Assembly (NCBI GenBank): GCA_964602655.1
Contig: CAZRSF010000027.1
Coordinates: 3,830-67,829, forward strand
Direction of reading: 5' to 3'
DNA length: 64,000 bases
From: an uncultured Candidatus Moduliflexus sp.
Lineage (GTDB): Bacteria; Moduliflexota; Moduliflexia; Moduliflexales; Moduliflexaceae
The notes below the pieces were generated by a model. The model saw nothing but the letters and a program-made list of their open reading frames with translations. It searched no databases and had not been told where the DNA came from. This document shows positions 30,125-39,363 of the stretch, one piece after another. Numbering within the stretch: position 1 is the first letter of the stretch; every line of letters begins with the position of its first letter. Made by a program: the position numbers and the translations under genes.

Positions 30125-30913
30125 TCATCCATCAGCGCGCGATGCCGCAAGGTCCGTCCATCTATTCCACAGAAAAAAGGGATAATGCGGCGCGTCAATC
30201 ATGTTGCAATGCGCGCGCCCATCCCAATACCGCTGCTGATTCGCCGCAGGCATGATTCGGTCGCGTGTGCTGATCAATGCGACGAACTCCCCTCCTGGGA
30301 GGGGTTGGGGGTGGGTTGTGATGGATTTCTCAACACCCGACCCACCCCTACCCCTCCCAGGAGGGGAATCTTGCGGCTTCGCCGCGAACAATTCGGAGCT
30401 GGCGACCGCCGCCGCCTGAATCGCCGCTAACTCTTCCGCTTGCTCCGATAACTCGCGTTGCGGGCGTTGGTGCGCGAAACGTTCGAAAATTGCGCGCGAA
30501 CCGCACATCCGTTCGAAAAATTTTTCGCGCCCTTTTGCGTCAAACCGGTCGAGCGTGGCCTGAAACACGTCCGGCGCGATGCCGAATTCGGCATGAATCG
30601 GCTGCGGTGTGCCATTAATCGCGATAACGCGATTCGCATGAAAATTCAATCTGCCGCTGATGCGGGCATAGGCCCAAACGCCCATTGACCAGCAGATCGC
30701 CACGATCTGTTCGTAGTGTCGGTTCACGCGGTCGCAGACTTCCGAGGTCTTGGAGACCTCGGAAGTCTTATTGAGGTCGCGGTAATCGCACACGGTCAAG
30801 ACATCCCAGTCGTCGCATTCGAGATGCGCGACGACATGCTCGTCCATGCCCCATCCGTTGAAAAACAATACGAGACGCGGGTTATGCTGCTGACGAATCC
30901 AATGCCATTTCAT
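30125..30913 (-). CDS. bioG: Pimeloyl-ACP methyl ester esterase BioG (DUF452) carrying two in-frame palindromic insertions
   Basis: LVLFFNGWGMD N-terminus. CWSMGVW nucleophile elbow. C-terminal MIDAPHYPF. Start taken at MKWHW (30913). Insertion 1 (KTSEVSKTSEV) spans 30735-30765. Insertion 2 (78 nt) spans 30289-30366. Confidence 0.75.
   Translation of the reverse strand: MKWHWIRQQHNPRLVLFFNGWGMDEHVVAHLECDDWDVLTVCDYRDLNKTSEVSKTSEVCDRVNRHYEQIVAICWSMGVWAYARISGRLNFHANRVIAINGTPQPIHAEFGIAPDVFQATLDRFDAKGREKFFERMCGSRAIFERFAHQRPQRELSEQAEELAAIQAAAVASSELFAAKPQDSPPGRGRGGSGVEKSITTHPQPLPGGEFVALISTRDRIMPAANQQRYWDGRAHCNMIDAPHYPFFLWNRWTDLAASRADG
30289..30366. repeat. Family C GC-rich 78-nt composite palindrome (CCCCTCCTGGGAGGGG...CCCCTCCCAGGAGGGG) inserted in-frame in bioG
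   Basis: The inverted-repeat arms are visible directly. The length is a multiple of three and the reading frame continues through it (PPGRGRGGSGVEKSITTHPQPLPGGE). Confidence 0.7.
30735..30765. repeat. Palindromic element GACTTCCGAGGTCTTGGAGACCTCGGAAGTC inside bioG
   Basis: Same stem as the 7166-7196 element. Translated in-frame as KTSEVSKTSEV. Confidence 0.7.
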
Positions 30914-32093
30914 GCAACGCGGCGGCAATCGCATCGGGCAGCGGCGCAAGCTGCTCCCAACGCATCGCCGCATTTAAAGACAATCGCAGCCGCGCAGTAT
31001 TCGGCGGAACGGTCGGCGGACGAATCGCAAAAATCAGCCAGCCTTGTTCCCTCAGTCGTTCCGCGACACGCACCGTCGCGTCGTTTTCGCCGATCATGAT
31101 CGGCATGATTTGCGAACTGCCGTCTGTTTCAAGCTTCCTGGCGATCAACGCTTGCCGAAGGCGCTGCGATAATTCCAGCACAGCCCGCCGTTCGTTCTGC
31201 ATGGCGGCGACTTTTTTGAGGATAAACAGATTCCAATTCAGCGTCATCGGCGGCAGCGCGGTGGTAAAAATCAGCGGGCGCATCGTGTTGACGAGAAATT
31301 CCTTCAAAATGCGGTTGGTGATGGCATACGCGCCGACAGAAGCGAACGCTTTGCCGAATGTGCCGACAATGACGTCAATGTCCCGCATGACGTCTTGCGC
31401 TTCGCAGACGCCGCAGCCGCGTTCGCCGAAGACGCCGACCGCATGGGCTTCGTCCACGATCAGCAGCGCATGATAACGATTTTTCAATTCGACGATGCGC
31501 CGCAAGTCCGCAATGTCGCCGTCCATGCTGAACACCGATTCGGTGATGATGAACACGCGCTGAAATTCGGCGCGATGCTGTTCCAGCAGTTGTTCGAGGT
31601 GGGCGTAATCGCAATGACGATAGCGGATATATTTGGCCTGCGAAAGCTGCAAGCCGTCCATCATGCTGGCGTGATTCAGCTTATCCGACAGAATCAGATC
31701 GCGCCGGTCGGCTAAGGCGGAAATAATGCCGATATTGGCGTGATAGCCGCTGTTGAAGATGCAGGCCGCTTCTGCCTGATACATCTCCGCCAAATACGTT
31801 TCCAGGCGATCATACGCCTCGGCGTTGCCGGTCAGCAGGCGCGACGACGACCCCGCCAGACCGAAACGGTCAATCAGATTGCCAGCGCCGTCCTGATGCA
31901 GAAACTCCTCCAAAAGCCGCTGATTCGCGCCGAGGCCGAGATAGTCGTTGGACGAAAGGTTGAGATAGTGTTTCCCGTTGAAATCAGCATGAGTTTCGTC
32001 GCGCCGGGCAATGCTTCCTAATTGCCGCAACTGCTGTTTCGCGCGTAAATCGTCAAGCTGTTGCCTGAATGAGTCGTAAATATCGGCGTTCAT
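30882..32093 (-). CDS. bioF: 8-amino-7-oxononanoate synthase
   Basis: Class I/II aminotransferase fold with a PLP-lysine region (FSMDGDIADL...). 403 aa. Adjacent to bioB. Confidence 0.9.
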   Translation of the reverse strand: MNADIYDSFRQQLDDLRAKQQLRQLGSIARRDETHADFNGKHYLNLSSNDYLGLGANQRLLEEFLHQDGAGNLIDRFGLAGSSSRLLTGNAEAYDRLETYLAEMYQAEAACIFNSGYHANIGIISALADRRDLILSDKLNHASMMDGLQLSQAKYIRYRHCDYAHLEQLLEQHRAEFQRVFIITESVFSMDGDIADLRRIVELKNRYHALLIVDEAHAVGVFGERGCGVCEAQDVMRDIDVIVGTFGKAFASVGAYAITNRILKEFLVNTMRPLIFTTALPPMTLNWNLFILKKVAAMQNERRAVLELSQRLRQALIARKLETDGSSQIMPIMIGENDATVRVAERLREQGWLIFAIRPPTVPPNTARLRLSLNAAMRWEQLAPLPDAIAAALHEMALDSSAA

Positions 32094-32110
32094 TTTTCGA
32101 TGTTTTTCCC

Positions 32111-32136
32111 GTTTTCCCCTCCCAGGAGGAGAAAAC
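32111..32136. repeat. Family C palindrome GTTTTCCCCTCCCAGGAGGAGAAAAC between bioF and bioB
   Basis: Near-perfect inverted repeat in the 48-nt bioB-bioF spacer. Confidence 0.65.
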
Positions 32137-32141
32137 GTTGT

Positions 32142-33125
32142 TCAAGCGAAGGCGGCGAGCCGCGCCAACAAGGCGTCGTCTTCGGCCACGTCGCGCCCGC
32201 GCGTGGTCAGGTATCCGCCGGTTAACAAGCCGTTCGCGCCAGACAGCATGAGCAAGCCCTGAAAATCTTTCATCACGGTTTCGCGTCCGGCGGCAAATTT
32301 GATGATTTTGGTCGGATTCACGAGCCGGAAAATGGCGAACGCTTTAGCGATCTCGGCGACCGACAGCGGCGGCTGCTTTTCGAGCGGCGTTCCGGCAATC
32401 GGCACGAGCACGTTCAACGGAATCACGTCCACATCGAGTTCCTGCGCGGCAAACGCCAATGCCACGCGATCCGCCGCCGTTTCACCGACACCGAAAATGC
32501 CGCCGCAGCAGACGCCGATGCCGTAGGCTTTCAGCAGGCGGATCGTCTCGATTTTTTCCTGAATATCGTGCGTATCGGCAATCAAATCGGCGAATTTGGC
32601 GGGGTTGACCTGGAGATTGATGTTATAATGACCGATCTTGCGTTCGGCGAGTTTTTTGACCGTCTCCTGGCTCAAAATGCCGAGAGACAAACAAACGTTC
32701 ATATTAGGAAGTTCCTGATGAATCGAATCAATGGCGGTCAGAATCGCGCCGAATTCCTCATCACATTCCGTATAGCCGAAGCCGCTGGTGACAATGCCGA
32801 AATAGTTGACCCCGGATTCCGCCGTTTTGCGGGCATGTTGCAGGATCGTGTCGGGCGACATCAGGCCATACACTTCGACGTGCGCGTGATGATGCGTGGA
32901 TTGGGCGCAGAAGCGGCAATTTTCCTGACAGACTCCTGATTTGGCGTTCAAAATCGAGCAGGCGTGCATTCCGCGCGTAAATTTGTTTTTGACTTTATTG
33001 GCGAGCGAGACGAGATCGAGCGTCTCTTCGCCTGATAATTCGGCCAATCTACCGGCTAATTCCCGGCTGACCGGTTGGCCGCTTTCTAAGATATGATACG
33101 CTTGTTGAATGGCTGGATGTAACAT
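32142..33125 (-). CDS. bioB: Biotin synthase
   Basis: [10 protein letters not shown] radical SAM cluster and the typical BioB length. Start trimmed to MLHPAIQQ because the upstream extension is translated palindrome. Confidence 0.9.
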   Translation of the reverse strand: MLHPAIQQAYHILESGQPVSRELAGRLAELSGEETLDLVSLANKVKNKFTRGMHACSILNAKSGVCQENCRFCAQSTHHHAHVEVYGLMSPDTILQHARKTAESGVNYFGIVTSGFGYTECDEEFGAILTAIDSIHQELPNMNVCLSLGILSQETVKKLAERKIGHYNINLQVNPAKFADLIADTHDIQEKIETIRLLKAYGIGVCCGGIFGVGETAADRVALAFAAQELDVDVIPLNVLVPIAGTPLEKQPPLSVAEIAKAFAIFRLVNPTKIIKFAAGRETVMKDFQGLLMLSGANGLLTGGYLTTRGRDVAEDDALLARLAAFA

Positions 33126-33160
33126 GTTCTGTATTTCCTCGTCGCCAAAGGCGAACGATT

Positions 33161-33228
33161 CCCCTCCAGGGAGGGGCGAGGAGTGCAAAAGCGCAGCTTT
33201 TGCCGTCAAAGCTTCGCTTTGAGACTCC
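33161..33228. repeat. Family C palindrome CCCCTCCAGGGAGGGG followed by a family B compound hairpin (GGAGTGCAAAAGCGCAGCTTTTGC...GCTTTGAGACTCC)
   Basis: Lies in the bioB 5' leader. Translated spuriously as an N-terminal extension of the bioB ORF. Confidence 0.65.
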
Positions 33229-33319
33229 TTCGTGATGTTCAATGGAAATGAATAGCGCTGTGCGTCATCGAGTTACGTAAAAAACAACATGTGATCTTTT
33301 TGAGAGTTAGCTGAACTTG

Positions 33320-33349
33320 TTGACCAAATTTTTATGAGTGGTTGATAAT
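33320..33349 (+). promoter_or_regulatory. Candidate sigma-70 promoter in the bioB-gpsA divergent intergenic region
   Basis: TTGACC, an 18-nt spacer, then TGnnGATAAT. It sits ~490 nt upstream of the gpsA start, so the transcript identity is unclear. Confidence 0.3.
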
Positions 33350-33715
33350 AGTCAAGCAAGAATTTGATTAATTTACAGAAGTTAGTAACTTTGCAGATTT
33401 AGCGGGGATTTTGCCGAAAAGAAAATAGGCGCGTTTTTGAAAAGGATTTTAAACCCTGACAGGGGTTATTAAAAATCAATCCTCGTACCTATAAATTTTT
33501 AGTTCTCCCGATAGGACACGGGGAAAGGGTTGTTAAGTTCTCAATATCGCCCGGCTCCCATGTTTGCCGCTCCTACCTGTATTCCTCTATCCTTTCGGGG
33601 CAACATCGGGAAAAGTCAAAGAAAAATCCGACCGGCGGCAAGAAATTCTCTTGACTCGATAACCGCGCAAACATACGGCATATACAGCATTATTTATTTC
33701 CATCGAACATCCGAA

Positions 33716-33764
33716 GGAGTCTCAACGCGGAGCGTTGACGGCAAAAGCTCCGCGTTCGCACTCC
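33716..33764. repeat. Family B hairpin GGAGTCTCAACGCGGAGC-loop-GCTCCGCGTTCGCACTCC
   Basis: Inverted repeat in the gpsA upstream region. Confidence 0.6.
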
Positions 33765-33837
33765 GATTGAATATGGTCAATGCAACTGAATAATGCGATA
33801 CTGAGCGCGTAACCACGAATACTCGAAAGGAGCGAAT

Positions 33838-34860
33838 ATGATGAATGACATCTTAACGCAACAGATCGCCGTTGTCGGAGCGGGAAGTTGGGGGACGGCG
33901 TTAGCCAATTTATTAGCGTGTAAGGGATATGAGGTTGACCTCTGGGCGTATGAACCGGACGTCAAGGCCGCTATCGAGCAGCAGCGCGAAAACACGGTCT
34001 TTCTGCCGGGAATTCCGCTGTCGGAACGGATTCGTCCGACGAACGATCTTGCCGCAGCCGTCGCGGGCAAGTCGTTTGTCGTGATGGTCGTGCCGTCGCA
34101 TGTGATGCGCGTTACTGCCGGAAAAATGGCCGCCGCGCTCGCGCCGGATGCCATCGTCGTCTCTGCGACCAAAGGGATTGAAAACGAGACCTTCTGCCTG
34201 ATGTCCGACGTGCTGGAGCAGACGTTGCCTGCCGGGTCGCAGCAACGGATTGCGGCGTTGTCCGGCCCAAGCTTTGCGGCGGAAGTCGCGCGGCTGATGC
34301 CGACGCTGATTACCGTCGCCTCGCGCAGCGCGGAAGCCGCTGCAATCGCGCAGCAGGTCTTCGCCGCGCCGCATTTTCGCGTGTACACGAATGACGACCT
34401 GATCGGTGTGCAGTCGGGCGGCTCGATGAAAAATTATATCGCGATTGCCGCCGGGATGATTGACGGCGCGCAAATCGGCCTGAATATCCGCGCCGCGTTG
34501 ATTACCAGAGGGCTGGCGGAAATGCGGCGGCTCGGCGTGAAGATGGGCGCAAACCCGCATACGTTCAGCGGATTGAGCGGACTCGGCGATCTTGTGTTGA
34601 CCTGCACCGGCGATTTGAGCCGCAATCATACCGTTGGCGTCAAAATCGGGCAGGGGATGAAAATACGCGAAATTCTCGACGGCATGAAAACGGTGGCGGA
34701 AGGGATCAAAACCGCGCATTCGGTCTATCATCTGTCCCGCAAAATCGGCGTGGACATGCCGATTTGCGACAGCGTCTATCAAATGCTCTTCGAAGACGCC
34801 GACCCGCGCGAGGCGTTGAATCAACTCATGACGCGGCGACTGAAAGACGAATTGGAATAA
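33838..34860 (+). CDS. gpsA: NAD(P)H-dependent glycerol-3-phosphate dehydrogenase
   Basis: VVGAGSWGTALA Rossmann start. 340 aa. GAAAGGAG RBS. Confidence 0.9.
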   Translation: MMNDILTQQIAVVGAGSWGTALANLLACKGYEVDLWAYEPDVKAAIEQQRENTVFLPGIPLSERIRPTNDLAAAVAGKSFVVMVVPSHVMRVTAGKMAAALAPDAIVVSATKGIENETFCLMSDVLEQTLPAGSQQRIAALSGPSFAAEVARLMPTLITVASRSAEAAAIAQQVFAAPHFRVYTNDDLIGVQSGGSMKNYIAIAAGMIDGAQIGLNIRAALITRGLAEMRRLGVKMGANPHTFSGLSGLGDLVLTCTGDLSRNHTVGVKIGQGMKIREILDGMKTVAEGIKTAHSVYHLSRKIGVDMPICDSVYQMLFEDADPREALNQLMTRRLKDELE

Positions 34861-35040
34861 GTGCGCCCCGCCCCGGCGTGGCTGTTATGTTTTCGTGAAC
34901 ACCTGTCATTGCGAGCGCTTTTCAGCGAAGCAATCTCGCCGGAATCACGGGATGGCTTCGTCGTTGTCACTCCTCGCAATGACAGGCATATTTACGAGAA
35001 CGCAGCAGCCCTGCGCCGGGGCGTCTCTACGAGAAGGAGA

Positions 35041-35724
35041 TTATTTGAAAATTTTCTTCAATAATTCGGTGACGCGGGCTTCCGGGTCTTCGCGAATTTT
35101 TTTCTCTTCGGCGGCGACCATCGTAAACAGGCCGTCGAGCGCTTTTTCAGTGACATAATCGTTCAGATCGAATTCGAAGAGTTCCCCGACGCCGAGCGGA
35201 ATGGCGGCTGTCACCTGTTTCTGTAGATCCTGATACAGCCCGGTGACGCCGACGTCCGCCATTGCGGATTCGATGATCGGCTGAAACGCCGCCGTCAACG
35301 TCTCGCTGGTTTTTTCTTGAAAATAGAGTGTGGCCTCGTTTTCTTTCCCGTTCACGATTTTCAGGGCGTCTTCGAACGTCATTTCCGCGATGGCATCGCC
35401 GAATAACGACACCGCCGAGACAGCGGCTTTTTCCGCGGCGCGGTTCATGCTGACTTCGAATTCATCAACAATCGCTTCGAATCCCGCTTGCTTCAACAGG
35501 CTTTGCGCTTTTTGCAATTTGTCCGGCAGCAGGATTTTAATCAGGTCGTTTTTATAGAAACCATCCTCTTTCGATACGAGTTTGACCGCGTTTTCCGTGC
35601 CGATTTTTAAGGCGTCTTTCAGACCGCTCGCCAGTTCCTCATCTAATTGAGCAAAGGCCGAACACGCTGAAAATACAAGACCGACAACCACAGCAAGACT
35701 GCTCCAATATTCGAATCTCATCAT
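35041..35724 (-). CDS. DUF4197-like secreted hypothetical protein
   Basis: 227 aa. N-terminal signal peptide (SLAVVVGLVFSACSAFA). Helical, with no catalytic motif. Confidence 0.6.
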   Translation of the reverse strand: MMRFEYWSSLAVVVGLVFSACSAFAQLDEELASGLKDALKIGTENAVKLVSKEDGFYKNDLIKILLPDKLQKAQSLLKQAGFEAIVDEFEVSMNRAAEKAAVSAVSLFGDAIAEMTFEDALKIVNGKENEATLYFQEKTSETLTAAFQPIIESAMADVGVTGLYQDLQKQVTAAIPLGVGELFEFDLNDYVTEKALDGLFTMVAAEEKKIREDPEARVTELLKKIFK

Positions 35725-35741
35725 CTATTCCTTGAAAAAGA

Positions 35742-35879
35742 GGAGTGTCAGAGCGTCGCTCCGATAGGTCAAAGCTGCGCGTTGACACTCCTGAGAATTT
35801 CTGAAACGGTGTACTTGTAACTTCTACCGCCGGCGTCCTCGTCGGCGTTGTGAACACGTGCCGACGAGGACGTCGGCGG
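35742..35879. repeat. Family B hairpin (GGAGTGTCA...TGACACTCC) plus a 20-bp GC-rich hairpin (CCGCCGGCGTCCTCGTCGGC / GCCGACGAGGACGTCGGCGG)
   Basis: Two strong stem-loops in the spacer between the DUF4197 and AKR genes. Confidence 0.65.
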
Positions 35880-35914
35880 TACGGCACACCACTAAAGATT
35901 AATGGCTCAATGTA

Positions 35915-36898
35915 CTACCACAGATACTGCACGGGGTTCTTGATATACGTTTCATAAATCACCGTGACGCCTGCCATGATCTCAGCGCTCAACGCGGGCA
36001 AATCAGCGGCGGAGAAATTGGCTTCCGCCTGATCCGGGCGTTTTGCGCCGGGAATCGCGCACGTCACGGCATCGAACATCTGAATCCAACGCAACGCCAT
36101 CTGCGTCAGCGTCATATTGGCAGGGCAGAGCTTTTTTAACTCGTCCACCGCCTGTAACGCGACATCATAATCCACGCCGGAAAAGGTTTCGCCCTTATCG
36201 AATGCTTCGCCATGCCGGTTGAAGGCGCGATGATCGTCACGCTCGAATGCGGTCTGCTTCGTCATCTTGCCGGTCAACATTCCGCTGGCAAGCGGCACGC
36301 GGGCAAGAATGCCGATGTTGCGCCGTTTCGCCTGCTCGAAAAAGAGGTCTGCCGGACGCAGACGGAACATATTGAAAATCATTTGTACCGTCTTGACGTT
36401 CGGAAATTCGATGGCTTTCAACGCTTCTTCGACCTTTTCGACGCTGACGCCGTAATGTTTGATTTTGCCTTGCCGCTGCAAATCATCCAGAATGTCGAAC
36501 ACCTCCGGACGATAATAGACCTCCGTCGGCGGACAATGAAGCTGCACCAAATCCAGGGCATCCACGTCAAGATTTTTTAAGCTGCGTTCGATAAACGCCG
36601 TCAAATTTTCGCGATCATACCCATCGGCGACATGCGGATTCAGCCGCCGTCCGGCTTTGGTGGCGACATAAATCGTTTCGGAACGCTCTTTCAACACCTG
36701 AGCGATCAGCCGCTCGCTGCGTCCGTCGCCATACACGTCGGCGGTATCAATAAAATTGACGCCCATGTCAATCGCCTTATGCAGCGCGGCGATGGATTCG
36801 TCGTCGTTGACCGCTCCCCACGTGCCGCCGATTGCCCATGCCCCGAAACTGATGGTTGACACGTTCCAACCCGTGCGCCCTAATGCGCGATATTGCAT
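35915..36898 (-). CDS. Aldo/keto reductase
   Basis: AKR TIM-barrel motifs (GVNFIDTADVYG, LDLVQLHCP). 327 aa. Confidence 0.85.
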   Translation of the reverse strand: MQYRALGRTGWNVSTISFGAWAIGGTWGAVNDDESIAALHKAIDMGVNFIDTADVYGDGRSERLIAQVLKERSETIYVATKAGRRLNPHVADGYDRENLTAFIERSLKNLDVDALDLVQLHCPPTEVYYRPEVFDILDDLQRQGKIKHYGVSVEKVEEALKAIEFPNVKTVQMIFNMFRLRPADLFFEQAKRRNIGILARVPLASGMLTGKMTKQTAFERDDHRAFNRHGEAFDKGETFSGVDYDVALQAVDELKKLCPANMTLTQMALRWIQMFDAVTCAIPGAKRPDQAEANFSAADLPALSAEIMAGVTVIYETYIKNPVQYLW

Positions 36899-37000
36899 GA
36901 TATATCCTCCTGAGATGTTATGACGAAGAACTTATGTTCGCAAGCCCTCGCGATAACGGTTAGAAACGGTAACAAATTCAACGTTCAGGTCGGTCGCAGA

Positions 37001-37789
37001 TCACTCTGTCGGGCGAACGTCTGTCGCGCCTTTGGTTTTCAGAAAGTCAATCGTCTTTTGCGTGGCGGCTTTTTCTTGATCGTTTGCCCAGGTTTCTTCG
37101 GTGCGCGCGATAGCCGAACCTAACGCATTGTAGCCAGCGTGATCTTTCAACGTCATGTCCGCGCCTTTCGCCACAAGCAGTTCCGTCATTTTCAGATTCC
37201 CCAAAAACGCGGCGTTATGCAACGGCGTCGATCCGCGTTTATCGGCAGCGTTAATCTCCGCTTTTGCGTTGAGCAGCAGGTCAATCGCCTGGACATATTG
37301 CTCGACGTTCTTCGGCTCGGCGTCCGATTCATGCAATAACGCGACCCAATGCAGCGCCGTCCGCTCATCCGCCGCGTCTTTTGCGTTCACATCCGCCCCG
37401 CTTTTCAGCAAAAACGTCATCGGCGCGATTCTCGCAAACATCGCATATTTGATAAGCAGCGGCGACCCGTCCTTGTCTTTCATATTGACATCCGCGCCTT
37501 TTTCTACCAGCATGTGCGCGAGCGTTTCAGATTTTTTTCCCAAATCGCCTTCGACGCCGATATTATCCACCGCCCATTCCAGCATCGGACGTCCGTCAAT
37601 GCTCGACTTGGCAAGCGTCGGATTTTTTTCGAACGCCTCTTTGACCGCAGCTTCTTTGGCCGCGTCATCGGTCGTGCCGTAAATATAGGCCTGAATCGCC
37701 TTGATGGCGGGGTCTTCCGCCTGCGCAAACACCAACGCCGGAACAACCAACATCATCAGACATGCGCCGCTTAAAAATCGTTTCATAGT
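37001..37789 (-). CDS. Ankyrin-repeat protein with a signal peptide
   Basis: Repeated TPLHxAAxxGHxxxVxxLLxxGAD units. Start trimmed to MKRFLSGACLMMLVVPALVFA because the longer ORF translates a palindromic element. Confidence 0.8.
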   Translation of the reverse strand, partial: TMKRFLSGACLMMLVVPALVFAQAEDPAIKAIQAYIYGTTDDAAKEAAVKEAFEKNPTLAKSSIDGRPMLEWAVDNIGVEGDLGKKSETLAHMLVEKGADVNMKDKDGSPLLIKYAMFARIAPMTFLLKSGADVNAKDAADERTALHWVALLHESDAEPKNVEQYVQAIDLLLNAKAEINAADKRGSTPLHNAAFLGNLKMTELLVAKGADMTLKDHAGYNALGSAIARTEETWANDQEKAATQKTIDFLKTKGATDVRPTE

Positions 37790-37820
37790 ATGCTCCTTTC
37801 GAAATAATTGTTCGGGACCC

Positions 37821-37853
37821 AACCCTGCCAGGGTTTTAAACCCTGGCAGGGTT
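37821..37853. repeat. Family A AACCCTGCCAGGGTTTTAAACCCTGGCAGGGTT
   Basis: Perfect palindrome between the purA stop and the ankyrin gene start. Confidence 0.75.
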
Positions 37854-37902
37854 AATTGTGATTCATATACGAGTCGAATGATTCTTAGGACAATACAACA
37901 TT

Positions 37903-39210
37903 TTAACACGCGCCGAATTTGAGAAGGCTGTCGCACTTCGAGGTCACAATCGTCTGCTCGCGTTTCGGCCCGGTCGAAATCAGCGCGATCTCCGTGTCCA
38001 ACAACTCAGAAAGATGACTCAAATAGGTTTTGGCGTTTTCAGGCAGGCGATCATATTCGGTAATGCCGATAGTGGATTGCTGCCATCCCTCGAATTCTTC
38101 ATACACCGGCTCGCACGCTTCCAACGCTTGCGGCTCCATCGGCAACTCGGTCACGACGCTGCCGCGATAACGATAGCCGGTGCAAATCGAAATTTTCGGA
38201 AACGTGTCTAAAATATCCATTTTCATGATGGCTAACGCGCTCGCGCCATTCACGCGCACGGCATAGCGGCCTACGACGGCATCGAACCAGCCGCAGCGGC
38301 GCGGTCTGCCGGTCGTCGCGCCATATTCGCGTCCGATATCCCGCAATAATTGACCGGTCGCGTCCGATAATTCGGTCGGAAACGGCCCTTCGCCGACGCG
38401 CGTGGTGTAGGCTTTGATCACGCCGAGCACGCCGTCTATTTTGGTCGGGCCGACGCCAAGCCCGGTGCAAACGCCGCCCGCGCATGCGTTGGACGAGGTG
38501 ACATACGGATAGGTGCCATGATCGATGTCTAACATCGTGCCTTGCGCGCCTTCGTACAGCACATGCTTTCCGGCTTTCATCGCCTGATGCAGCATCAGCG
38601 AGCAATCCGCCACTAATGGGCGAATCTGTTCGCCGTAACGCAGATAGGTCTCGTAAATCTCGTCGAACGCAAGCTCCGGCGCATCATCCTTGACGACGCT
38701 TTTCGCATACGCGAGATTGGCCAGAAGTTTCTCCTTGAATAGCTCCGGGTCGAGCAGATCGGAGATCACCATGCCGGAGCGGGCGATTTTATTTTCGTAT
38801 GTCGGGCCGATGCCGCGTCCGGTCGTGCCGATCTTTTTTGCGCCGAGTTCGGTTTCGTGCGCCCGATCGAGCAGGCGGTGATACGGCAGAATGACATGCG
38901 CGCGCGCGCTGACGAATAACCGTTCATCAAAATCAGTGATGCCTTCCCGGTGTAACTCCTCCATTTCCTGAAGCAAGGCTTTGGGGTCAACGACGACGCC
39001 ATTGCCGATAATACATTGCGTGCCTTGATGCAGCACACCCGCCGGGAGCAAATGCAGCACGAATTGCCTGTCGCCGATTTTGACCGTGTGACCGGCGTTA
39101 TGCCCGCCCTGAGACCGGGCGACCACATCGAATTTGTCTGTCAGCATGTCCACGATCTTGCCTTTGCCTTCGTCGCCCCACTGCATTCCAAGCACCACTA
39201 AATTTGCCAT
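37903..39210 (-). CDS. purA: Adenylosuccinate synthase
   Basis: GMQWGDEGKGK P-loop. GIGPTY and TTGRPRRCGW motifs. Start at MANLVVLG with an AAAGAGG RBS. Confidence 0.9.
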   Translation of the reverse strand: MANLVVLGMQWGDEGKGKIVDMLTDKFDVVARSQGGHNAGHTVKIGDRQFVLHLLPAGVLHQGTQCIIGNGVVVDPKALLQEMEELHREGITDFDERLFVSARAHVILPYHRLLDRAHETELGAKKIGTTGRGIGPTYENKIARSGMVISDLLDPELFKEKLLANLAYAKSVVKDDAPELAFDEIYETYLRYGEQIRPLVADCSLMLHQAMKAGKHVLYEGAQGTMLDIDHGTYPYVTSSNACAGGVCTGLGVGPTKIDGVLGVIKAYTTRVGEGPFPTELSDATGQLLRDIGREYGATTGRPRRCGWFDAVVGRYAVRVNGASALAIMKMDILDTFPKISICTGYRYRGSVVTELPMEPQALEACEPVYEEFEGWQQSTIGITEYDRLPENAKTYLSHLSELLDTEIALISTGPKREQTIVTSKCDSLLKFGAC

Positions 39211-39320
39211 GTCATTCTGCCTCTTTGCGGAGAACACAGAGAAGCGCAGAGGGAGAATGAATTCTCTGAAACCCCTGCGCTCTCAACGGTTGCCGCGATA
39301 ATGTATGGTTAATGATATTC

Positions 39321-39353
39321 AACCCTGCCAGGGTTTCGAACCCTGGCAGGGTT
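39321..39353. repeat. Family A AACCCTGCCAGGGTTTCGAACCCTGGCAGGGTT
   Basis: Perfect palindrome between the giant gene's stop and the purA start. Confidence 0.75.
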
Positions 39354-39363
39354 CGGATCGTAT

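Noticed and set aside
33125-33242. N-terminal extension of the bioB ORF (MNITKESQ...[13 protein letters not shown])
   Set aside because: The extension is the translation of the CCCCTCCAGGGAGGGG palindrome and a family B hairpin. The conserved BioB sequence starts at the internal Met at 33125.
37790-37936. N-terminal extension of the ankyrin ORF (…TLPGFKTLAGLGP…)
   Set aside because: It translates the family A palindrome. The true start is the signal-peptide Met at 37789.
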